Shown: positions 27,501-38,305 of the stretch, in pieces
How the letters are laid out: each line of letters starts with the position of its first letter
Position numbering within the stretch: position 1 is the first letter of the stretch
Translations under genes and position numbers: made by a program
Assembly (NCBI GenBank): GCA_002269645.1
Contig: NIVC01002040.1
Coordinates: 1 to 64,000, forward strand
DNA length: 64,000 nt
Source: Macrostomum lignano
Taxonomy: Eukaryota
Direction: 5' to 3'
Notes under the pieces: model-generated
What the model saw: the letters and a program-made list of their open reading frames with translations, nothing else
Told to the model about the DNA's origin: nothing
The model's database searches: none

Positions 27501-29763
27501 TAGGCTAGCTTATGAGTCACTTCTTAGGCTAGCTTTTGAGTCACTTTTTAGAGTAGCTTATGAGTCATTTTTAGAGTAGCTTATGAGTCATTTTTAGAGT
27601 AGCTTATGAGTCATTTTTAGAGTAGCTTATGAGTCATTTTTAGAGTAGCTTATGAGTCACTTCTTAGACTAGCTTATGAGTCACTCCTTAGACTAGCTTA
27701 TGAGTCACTCCTTAGGGTAGCTTATGAGTCACTCCTTAGGGTAGCTTATGAGTCACTTCTTAGGGTAGTTTATGAGTCACTTCTTGGGGTAGCTTATGAG
27801 TCACTTCTTAGGGTAGTTTATGAGTGTCTTTTAGACCAGCTTTGAGTTGAGTTATGAGCACCATTCACAGTGAATTTGAACCGTATTTCATCAACACTGA
27901 GACTAGTTTTCATAATTAGAATTAGTTCTTAGCCCTTACTCAAGCTGAGTAGCCAGTTAACCGTGATCAACTCGAACGTAAACAAAGCTAGAAAAGCCAT
28001 CGTAAGACGAAAACATGCGGCCAACAGAAGAAGCCATTGACCTGCTGCCCGGCACTGTTTTTGCCCTAAATTAAAAAGAAAAAACAACAGCTTTCTTTCA
28101 CAGCGAAACATATCGAAGAAAAAAGAAGTCAGCCAACGTTATTTTATAGACATTAATCATATATTCGTTTAGCGATGGAACACCGCTCCTTGACGCCAAC
28201 TCTAATCTCAACATCTATCTCTCATTGACTCCCTCTAAGTTCAACATATATCTCTCATTGACTCCCTCTCTAATTCATACATTTATCTTTCCTTGACAAT
28301 CTAAACTCAAAATCAATCTCCTTGATTCTCTCTAATCTCAACATCTATCTCTCCCTGACACTCTAAACTCAACATCTCTCATTGACTCTCTCTAATCCAA
28401 ACATCCATCTTGACTCTCTATTCTCTAATCTATACATCTATCTGTTATTGACTCTCTTCAATCTCAACATCTATCTCTCATTGACTCCCTCTAATAAATA
28501 CATTTATCTCTCATTGACACTCTAAACTCAACATCTCTCACTGACTCTCTCTAATCCAAACATCCATCTTGACTCTCTATTCTCTAATCTATACATCTAT
28601 CTCTTATTTACTCTCTTCAATTTCAACATCTATCTCTCATTGACTCCCTCTAATAAATACATCTATCTCTCATTGACACGCTCTAATCCATACATTTATC
28701 TCTCCTTGACACTCTAAACTCAACATCTCTCATTGACTCTCTCTAATCCAAACATCTATCTTGACTCTCTAATCTATACATCTATCTCTCATGGACTCTC
28801 TCTAATCTCAACATCTATCCCTCATTGACTCTCTCTAATCTCAACATCTAGATCTATCATGGACTCTCTCTAATCTCAACATCTATCCCTCATTGACTCT
28901 CTCTAATCTCAACATCTAGATCTCTCATTGACTCTCTCTAATCTCAACATCTAGATCTCTCATTGACTCTCTCTAATCTCAACATCTAGATCTCTCATTG
29001 ACTCTCTCTAATCTCAACATACGTCTCTCCCTAAAACTCTGCCCATGATTCTAAATGCATTTACACGTTCCTATCACCGAATTAATCGAAAAGATTAAAA
29101 CTGGGCTTGCACTGGCACCTGCTTAGGTTTTATGAAGCAGATTATAAAGAATTTATCATTTGAGAGACACTAGAGAAGGCCCACTCTCCCGGGACACAAA
29201 GGCAGTTGCAACGTTAATCAGCTTTAAAGCTTCTCGGGGATAAAACGAGAGAGGCTGGGGAAACCCTGTTAAGCCCTCCTTCCCCTGTTCACCCTCCACC
29301 TTCATCAGCAGACTGAGCTCGAATTTCGAGTTTCATAATTTTTCAACTCAGAGGCACCAAGCTGCTCACAGCCGGAAAACTAAAAGTGCAAAATGAAGAT
29401 TGCTAACTGCGCAATAAATTGACAAATCAATGCTAGACATTATGTTAAAGATGCAGAGCACTGCGAGTGAAACCAAAATCTGTAACTTTTTAGGTCGTAA
29501 CTTTTAATTAGCGTTTCTAGTGCGTTCATAACGTGATTGCTTACTGGATAACTGGTGCATGGTTATAATGATTGACTATTGACCAGGACTAAGAGGTAGA
29601 CAGGCAGATACGCAGGCAGACGGAAGACAGAAGAAAAAACAGATAGACAGGCAGACAGACAGACACTTAGACAGACAGATATAAATACAGACACATAGAC
29701 AGACAGACAGACAGACAGGCAGACAGACAGACAGACAGGCAGGCAGACAGACAGACAGACAGG

Positions 29764-29794
<31 letters not shown>

Positions 29795-29796
29795 GC

Positions 29797-29831
<35 letters not shown>

Positions 29832-32707
29832 TTTAGCATAAGAAACAGAGGATTCAGCCAGCTTAAACCATGGAAACGATAGGCACTAGAACTAGCTAAC
29901 TACAATACTAAAAACTGGTTAGCACACAGCTTGGCGACCCCTCTTAAAGTATCATCGTTAGTAGTAGAGAAGTATAGAGAACTATACATAATTTCGCAGA
30001 AATAAGATAAACCTTCGGAACTTAAAAAAGTGTCCCAGCTAGATCGTGACAAAACTCGCAATACGAGCTAATTAATTAAGCATTTCTAGTGCTGCATATA
30101 TTAATTTATCGAGTAATTCAACATTTTTATGCTTAAAAACAACTTAATTATTGTTCTAATTTACGAAAGGAAATTGTGCATCCCGGCAGGCTAGAAAATC
30201 ATCTGCTGCGCAATGGTCATATGGGAATAGTCTGCCTCTGCAGCATCCCATAGTGATAAGAGTCTAATTACTCAGTGAATCCTATACTTCTGCAATCCCT
30301 GCATCTTCAATCCCAGTAAACAGCTTTTGTTTATGTAGGTGTTGATTCAGGTTATGAAAATAGTATTTTGAATATGACTTTGCACTTTGATCTACGGAAT
30401 AGATCTACAAGATCTACTGAATAGATCTAGAACTACAAGATCTACTGAATAGATCTAGAACTACAAGATCTACTGAATAGATCTAGAACTACAAGATCTA
30501 CTGATAGATCTAGAACTACAAGATCTACTGAATAGATCTAGAACTACAAGATCTACTGAATACATCTAGAACTACAAGATCTACTGAATAGATCTAGAAC
30601 TACAAGATCTACTGAATAGATCTATAACTACAAGATCTATAACTACAAGATCTACTGAATAGATCTAGAACTACAAGATCTACTGAATACATCTAGAACT
30701 ACAAGATCTACTGAATAGATCTAGAACTACAAGATCTACTGAATAGATCTATAACTACAAGATCTACTGAATAGATCTATAACTACAAGATCTACTGAAT
30801 AGATCTATAACTACAAGATCTACTGAATAGATCTATAACTACAAGATCTACTGAATAGATCTATAACTACAAGATCTACTGAATAGATCTATAACTACAA
30901 GATCTACTGAATAGATCTAGAAGTACAAGATCTACTGAATAGATCTAGAACTACAAGATCTACTGATAGATCTAGAACTACAAGATCTACTGAATAGATC
31001 TAGAACTACAAGATCTACTGAATAGATCTAGAACTACAAGATCTACTGAATACATCTAGAACTACAAGATCTACTGAATAGATCTAGAACTACAAGATCT
31101 ACTGAATAGATCTATAACTACAAGATCTACTGAATAGATCTATAACTACAAGATCTACTGAATAGATCTATAACTACAAGATCTATAACTACAAGATCTA
31201 CTGAATAGATCTATAACTACAAGATCTACTGAATAGATCTAGAACTACAAGATCTACTGAATAGATCTAGAACTACAAGATCTACTGAATACATCTAGAA
31301 CTACAAGATCTATTGAATAGATCTATAACTACAAGATCTACTGAATAGATCTAGAACTACAAGATCTACTGAATAGATCTAGAACTACAAGATCTACTGA
31401 ATAGATCTAGAACTACAAGATCTACTGAATACATCTAGAACTACAAGATCTACTGAATAGATCTATAACTACAAGATCTACTGAATAGATCTAGAACTAC
31501 AAGATCTACTGAATACATCTAGAACTACAAGATCTAGAACTACAAGATCTAGAACTACAAGATCTACTGAATACATCTAGAACTACAAGATCTATTGAAT
31601 AGATCTATAACTACAAGATCTATAACTACAAGATCTAGAACTACAAGATCTACTGAATAGATCTAGAACTACAAGATCTACTGAATAGATCTAGAACTAC
31701 AAGATCTACTGAATACATCTAGAACTACAAGATCTACTGAATACATCTAGAACTACAAGATCTATTGAATAGATCTATAACTACAAGATCTATAACTACA
31801 AGATCTAGAACTACAAGATCTACTGAATACATCTAGAACTACAAGATCTATTGAATAGATCTATAACTACAAGATCTATAACTACAAGATCTATAACTAC
31901 AAGATCTACTGAATAGATCTAGAACTACAAGATCTACTGAATAGATCTAGAACTACAAGATCTACTGAATAGATCTAGAACTACAAGATCTACTGAATAG
32001 ATCTAGAACTACAAGATCTACTGAATAGATCTAGAACTACAAGATCTACTGAATAGATCTAGAACTACAAGATCTACTGAATAGATCTAGAACTACAAGA
32101 TCTACTGAATAGATCTAGAACTACAAGATCTACTGAATAGATCTAGAACTACAAGATCTACTGAATAGATCTAGAACTACAAGATCTACTGAATACATCT
32201 AGAACTAAAAGATCTACTGAATACATCTAGAACTACAAGATCTACTGAATAGATCTAGAACTACAAGATCTACTGAATAGATCTAGAACTACAAGATCTA
32301 CTGAATACATCTAGAACTACAAGATCTACTGAATACATCTAGAACTACAAGATCTACTGAATACATCTAGAACTAATAGATCTAGAACTACAAGATCTAC
32401 TGAATAGATCTAGAACTACAAGATCTACTGAATAAGATCTATAAATAAAAGATCTACTGAATAAGATCTAAAACACGGATTTATGAATAGACGTGAATTA
32501 TTGACAGAATCCATCATCAAGCTCGAACAGAACCAGCTGAAACCCGTCAACTAATGCTAGTTATTAAATACAACGCAAAGTGATTTTCATATGCAAAAGC
32601 ATCATTGGCAACACACACACCTGGGCAAAGCAGTAGGGCATAGCGAGAATTGCCACACCGATAATGCTGTTGCTAAGGGTGATGGCTGCATCGCGAACTT
32701 CTCCCAT
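20487..32707 (-). CDS. SLC38A10: SLC38A10-like sodium-coupled neutral amino acid transporter (Aa_trans family), 3'-incomplete. Exons (minus): 32707-32621, 27445-27035, 24935-24802, 24102-24000, 20672-20487; 307 codons, no stop in window
   Basis: All introns are GT-AG with consistent phases (0,0,2,0,0). Translation: [29 protein letters not shown]|[14 protein letters not shown]...[14 protein letters not shown]...[10 protein letters not shown]...FMLH|LICL...[17 protein letters not shown]|[17 protein letters not shown]...FYIL|IGSLGYIAF...[19 protein letters not shown]...LQ. This matches SLC38A10 motifs as I recall them (NSIVGVSVLTMPFCFKQ, CIPIFGMSFACQSQ, VGFMMSVAVGFP..LPCR). The last TM helices are not found between 18112 and 20486. 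Confidence 0.88.
20735..20880. repeat. Short purine-rich repeat GGGGGAATGAAGGA (pyrimidine-rich on the SLC38A10 sense strand, upstream of the exon 5 acceptor)
   Basis: About 7 degenerate copies seen directly. Confidence 0.75.
20886..21625. repeat. (GACA)n compound microsatellite with higher-order interruptions
   Basis: Direct reading. Source of the CLSV and TDRQ pseudo-ORFs. Confidence 0.97.
22160..22830. repeat. 20-bp minisatellite CACCCATTCCCATCCCCATT, about 30 copies
   Basis: Period 20. The variant CCCTATCCAC recurs near 22276, 22376, 22496 and 22616. Confidence 0.95.
23400..23960. repeat. Degenerate 20-bp minisatellite CACCCAATCCTATCCCCATT, related to the 22160-22830 array
   Basis: Direct reading; shares the TCACCCA...ATCCCCAT frame with that array. 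Confidence 0.85.
24375..24745. repeat. 50-bp minisatellite TTTTACTAAACCTGCATTCACCAAATCTGTTTGATTCACCTGAATATGCA, about 7 copies (SLC38A10 intron 3)
   Basis: TTTTACTAAA recurs at 24421, 24471 and onward. Confidence 0.95.
25005..26066. repeat. 22-bp minisatellite CTCTGATAATCTCATATGGTGT, about 48 copies (SLC38A10 intron 2)
   Basis: Period 22; the variant TTTGAAAA recurs near 25461, 25637 and 25923. Confidence 0.97.
26440..26990. repeat. Degenerate 22-bp minisatellite TAGTCTACCTCTCCCAATATAT
   Basis: Direct reading; homogeneous at 26455-26610 and decaying to the right. Confidence 0.85.
27473..27860. repeat. 23-bp minisatellite GAGTAGCTTATGAGTCATTTTTA, about 16 copies (SLC38A10 intron 1)
   Basis: GAGTAGC at 27551, 27574 and onward. 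Confidence 0.92.
28195..29030. repeat. Degenerate minisatellite of about 31 bp, CTCTCTAATCTCAACATCTATCTCTCATTGA
   Basis: Direct reading; most regular at 28790-29020. Confidence 0.85.
29596..29830. repeat. (GACA)n microsatellite
   Basis: Direct reading. Confidence 0.95.
30400..32470. repeat. 28-bp minisatellite GAATAGATCTAGAACTACAAGATCTACT, about 70 copies, with 14-bp half-unit slippages
   Basis: Period 28 (ATAGATCTAG at 30421 and 30449); two AGATCT palindromes per unit. Confidence 0.97.
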
Positions 32708-32914
32708 TTGAAGATTTCGCATGCAAACAAGGCATATAAAGACATTGCATCCGTATTTGTATTTAATTAGACAGCTCATTTATTCCAATATTTACAACTG
32801 TCAATCCTTGACTATCATATTATTCAGCTAATTAACTTTTATTACTACACTGAACCAGTTAACAACCATATAGATACTACGTTGCCACTACCAGCGAACT
32901 TTGATTAGCTACCC

Positions 32915-33945
32915 AACAAATTCTAATCAGTTAACGAACAAATTCTAATTACCTACTGAACAAATTCTAATTAGCTACCGAACAAATTCTAATTACCAAC
33001 CGAACAAATTCTAATTAGCTACTGAACAAATTCTAATTAGCTACCGAACAAATTCTAATTAGCTATCGAACAAATTCTAATCAGCTACCGAACAATTTCT
33101 AATTAGCTACTGAACAAATTCTAATTAGCTACCGAACAAATTCTAATCAGCTACCGAAAAAATTCTAATTAACTACTGAACAATTTCTAATTAGCTACCG
33201 AACAAATTCTAACTAGCTACCAAACAAATTCTAATTAGCTACCGAAAAATTCTAACAATCTACTGAACAAATTCTAATTAGCTACCGAACAAATTCTAAC
33301 AATCTACCGAACAAATTCTAATTAGAATTTGAATAGATCTAGTAGATCTTGTAGTTCTAGCTAATTAGCATTCTAATTAGCTACCGAACAAATTCTAACA
33401 ATCTACCGAACAAATTCTAACTAGCTACCGAACAAATTCTAATTAGCTACCGAACAAATGCTAATTAGTTACCGAACAAATTCTAATTAGCTACCGAACA
33501 AATGCTAATTAGCTACCGAACAATTTCTAATTAGCTACCCAACAAATTCTAATTAGCTACCGAACAAATTCTAATTAGCTACCGAACAAATTCTAACAAT
33601 CTACCGAACAAATTCTAACTAGCTACCGAACAAATTCTAATTAGCTACCGAACAAATGCTAATTAGTTACCGAACAAATTCTAATTAGCTACCGAACAAA
33701 TGCTAATTAGTTACCGAACAAATTCTAATTAGCTACCGAACAATTTCTAATTAGTTACCGAACAAATTCTAATTAGCTACCGAACAATTTCTAATTAGCT
33801 ACCGAACAAATTCTAATTACCAACCGAACAAATTCTAATTAGCTACCGAACATATTCTAATTAGCTAACGAACAAACTCTAATTAGCTACCGAACAAATT
33901 CTAATTAGCTACCGAACAAATTTTAATTAGCTACCCAGAAAATTA
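32915..33945. repeat. 22-bp minisatellite AATTCTAATTAGCTACCGAACA, about 45 copies, upstream of the SLC38A10 ATG
   Basis: Period 22 (AATTCT at 32941 and 32963); interrupted at 33322-33360 by foreign inverted sequence. Confidence 0.95.
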
Positions 33946-35211
33946 TGGTTATCTACAGAGAAAATGTATTTAGCTCGTCAGTGAAATCTAACTAACTACC
34001 CAGTTAATTATAATCATAATTAATATTATCAACTTGCAGCAGTATTTTCTCAACTGTCCATACTAACTGACAGAGGTGCTGCTTCTACAAGAGCGCCGTA
34101 ATTACCAATTAAATAAATAAAGACAAACCTCTCGAAAATCCATAGCCACATATATAGCCTCATAAAAAGTCTTTTTTTTATAATTTGTCACCGCTGTATT
34201 ATCCAGCGCGATATTCAACATTGATTCGTACATGATCTTATTATGTTAAATATATAGTTTTTGATCGTTAACAATATTACGAGTAGTTACCGATAGTAAC
34301 AGTGCGCAGCAGAGCACACACAATATATATTAATCTACAACAATGCAACAAACGTACTAACCAATGGATGCACACACAGAGTAGAGTTAAAAAAATTATT
34401 TTCATTATTTTTTTTAGAAAAAATATTGAAAACGCATGAAAAGATTCAAAGGAACACAAGATACGAGACATTGAACTCTAAGGGCATGTAACACTAGGTA
34501 TTTTTCCTACTGTTGTTAAAAAATAGGTTTAGCACAATGTTTACACTCGGTACACATTTAGATATACGCGTATTTTAGCACAGGTGCACCAACAGTAACT
34601 AAATAGTGACAGCCTCAGTTTAATAAAACAAATAAACAAACATATCTATATTTTATAGTTGCAGTATGCACATATTTTTAATTAACCATTCCGAGAAAGG
34701 AATCGCGGTCTTCTTGCAACTATAACTGTGAGTAGAAAATAGTCTTGGAACTTTAATATTTGTTAAAACAGATGGATTACAATATTGAATAAAAATCACA
34801 ATAGCAGTAACTAATATTTTATAAATATACCATTTATAAAGTGATGCACATTACATCATTTGAAATATGACATAACAAAACGATTTAAGCCACGGCAGAC
34901 AGCCACAACAATAATAATAATTATTATTAAATACGGACGGTCATTTATTAGTGACAAAGAAAAATTATTGATCAAAAATACAAACATACAAGTGCATAAA
35001 GTTGATTATTGATTACACTACAAACGCAGAATTTTCAAGTTTGCTATTTATATGTATATAATATATATATATATATATGAAATTCGTTTTATATTTATTA
35101 TCATTTGGCAAAATGATAGTTTAGTGAGAACAAAATAGACACACGCATGCATATATAGGTTTTTCCGGTCAAGAAGCCAGGTCAAATGCAAATATTGGTT
35201 TACTCACTTCC

Positions 35212-36112
35212 GAGTGAGCGAGTTCCGAGCACTCTAACCCAGGATTGAGCGAGTACCGAGCAGTCTAACCCAGGAGTGACCGAGTGCCGAGCAGTCTAAC
35301 CCAGGAGTGACCGAGTGCCGAGAGCAGTCCAACCCAGGAGTGACCGAGTGCCGAGAGCAGTCCAACCCAGGAGTGACCGAGTGCCGAGCAGTCTAACCCA
35401 GGAGTGACCGAGTGCCGAGCAGTCTAACCCAGGAGTGACGGAGTACCGAGCACTCTAACCCAGGAGAGACGGAGGACCGAGCACTCTAACCCAGGAGTGA
35501 CGGAGGACCGAGCACTCTAACCCAGGAGAGACGGAGGACCGAGCACTCTAACCCAGGAGTGACGGAGGACCGAGCACTCTAACCCAGGAGAGACGGAGGA
35601 CCGAGCACTCTAACCCAGGAAGACGGAGGACCGAGCACTCTAACCCAGGAGAGACGGAGGACCGAGCACTCTAACCCAGGAGTGACGGAGGACCGAGCAC
35701 TCTAACCCAGGAGAGACGGAGGACCGAGCACTCTAACCCAGGAGTGACGGAGGACCGAGCACTCTAACCCAGGAGAGACGGAGGACCGAGCACTCTAACC
35801 CAGGAGAGACGGAGGACCGAGCACTCTAACCCAGGAGAGACGGAGGACCGAGCACTCTAACCCAGGAGTGACGGAGGACCGAGCACTCTAACCCAGGAGA
35901 GCCGGAGGACCGAGCACTCTAACCCAGGAAAGACGGAGGACCGAGCACTCTAACCCAGGAGAGCCGGAGGACCGAGCACTCTAACCCAGGAAAGACGGAG
36001 GACCGAGCACTCTAACCCAGGAGAGACGGAGGACCGAGCACTCTAACCCAGGAGAGACGGAGGACCGAGCACTCTAACCCAGGAGTGACGGAGGACCGAG
36101 CACTCTAACCCA
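35212..36112. repeat. 31-bp GC-rich minisatellite GGACCGAGCACTCTAACCCAGGAGAGACGGA (shorter variants at the left end), between NCoR and SLC38A10
   Basis: CAGGAG at 35461, 35492 and onward. Confidence 0.95.
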
Positions 36113-36319
36113 GGGGTGCCAAGTCTTGCTTCGGTAATTTCGCAACCTGACCGGGAAAAACGTCTTTAAAGCAAGCAGACAGACAGTGAGTTAAAAAAGG
36201 AAGTTTTAATTTAAAAACAACTGTCTCTTTGGGAGGCAGGCTGAGACAGGTTCTACAGAAAGAAAGCTGCACAAAAGCATGGCTGACATGACGACATGGA
36301 ATGACTGACAACTCATTTT

Positions 36320-36325
36320 TTTATT
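36320..36325 (-). terminator. Candidate polyadenylation signal AATAAA about 45 nt after the NCoR stop codon
   Basis: TTTATT on the plus strand at 36320-36325; position only, no transcript data. Confidence 0.4.
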
Positions 36326-36368
36326 AAATATTTTTCTCTCTTTTGTTTTAATAACGCAATCTAATAGA

Positions 36369-38262
36369 TTAGGCATCACACACTTTGGCTTCTAAATCGA
36401 TCTGCAAGTCTCCCGGACTGGTGGCGGCAGAAGAGGACTGCTGCTGTTGTTGCTGCTCCTGTTTTCCCTCTGCTTCTTGACTGACTGTATAGGAGTTTAG
36501 AGATTCTTGAGCTGTTCGATCAGACGCAGCTGTAGCATTGGTAGGCTGGGCTTCCGGCTGCTCCTCTGCTTTTGACTGGGCAGCAGCAGCAGCAGCAGCA
36601 TCTGCAGCGGAGCTTTGCTGCACAGCTGGAGCACTCGGCGGAGTTGCCTGTCTAGCGGGCGTCGCCTCGTCGACAGTCGGAGCCGACACGGACGAGCCGA
36701 ACATGAATCGTTTTTTTATTGGCCTGCTAGCATCGCCTGAAGCATTATTGCTGCTACTAGAAGAAGCCTGCTGGTCCTGTAAGATTTGCTGTTCGATACT
36801 TTTGTGCAAAGTTTTAGCAACGTCTGACCAGTGCTTGCCTGTTGGCGTGCCCGACTGGCTGCGTGGCGCGGCTGCCGCAGTCGAGCTCGAATCCGAATCG
36901 GCCTTCTCAGCAGCAGCCTGTTGCTGCTCTTCTTTCTTCTTCTGTTGTTGCTGTTGTTTATCTAATTTAAAATCGTCGCAAATTATTTTCTCAATATGAT
37001 CGCCAAATGTGAGCACGCTTAGGCTGCCGGCGGTGCCTGCTGACGAATTGCCAACCGTAGCTGCACTGCTGTTTGCTCTGGGACGGTGTGGCTGTTGTTG
37101 CTGCTGCTGAGATTGTTGCTTCTGCTGCTGTTGCTGCTGCTGCGGAGGCGAATGCAGATTGCTAACAATCTGGTTGTGAATAATAACGTCTATTAATTTG
37201 GCAGCGGTGACAGTTTTCTCAGGCGTAGCGGCTGCTGCTAGCAAAGCTGAGCCACTGCTTGCGGCTGATATCTGTTGTTGCTGCTGCTGCTGTGGCTTCT
37301 CTCTGCTTCTCTCTTGCTCTGTTAAAAATGGGTGCCGTTCAGCGGCAATAGCTGACGAGCTACCAAAACTGGAGCTGCGCCGATGAATACCAGCTGAGTC
37401 GCTAGAGACAAACCCGTTGCCACTGCTGCTGATGCTGCCTGACGCAACAGTAGCTGTTGTATTCGTTTGATAAGATGCCGCTGATGTCTGCTGACGGTGA
37501 TGATGATGATGATGATGATGATGCGGCTGCTGTTGCTGCTGCTGCTGCTGCTGGTGCTGCAGCAATTTAGCGTGTATATCAGCAACAAAATTGATTTGTT
37601 GTTGAACTTGCTGCTGCTGTGACTGACTGTGCTGATGGGAGTGATACGGCTTGAGCTGGCCATGCAGGTGAGGGTGCTTGTGCTGCATAGACTGGGCCAG
37701 AGCGGCCAGCTGCTGCTGCTGCTGTTGTTGCAGCGGCGAAGCAGGCGGCGGCGGAGGCGGCGCCTGAGGCACCAACGGCTTCTTCTGCGGGGCGGCGTGC
37801 GCCGGCGGAGGCATGGCGTCAGGCAGCTGAGGAGGAACCGTTGCGGAAGTAGAGGAAGCTGCAGCAGCAGCGGCCATAGCCTGTCGCTTCTTCATCAGCA
37901 CGTACAACTGGCTGGCCTCCGAGCTCGTGCGAGTCCGCTCGGCGTCGCTAAGCGCTCGATCGCGAAATTTTCGATAGCTTTCAACCTCATCTCGATAAGT
38001 TTGCTCAGCCTTAGCTGCGTAGATGTCAGTCTGGGACATGCCAGCCATGCCCGGGAGCCACGAAGGTGGCGGCTGCGGTGGCGGCGGCAGTGTCGGAGCG
38101 CCATGCTGAGGCAAATGCCTGTGATGAGGCTGAGCCTGTTGCTGTTGCTGCTGCTGCTGCTGCTGCTGAAACTGCTGGGCTTGCAAGAAATTTTCCTGCA
38201 TTATTGCTCTAGTAGATGCGGCAGGCTCCGGATAGACGGGAAGCCTTGGACGATAAAGTTGC

Positions 38263-38305
<43 letters not shown>

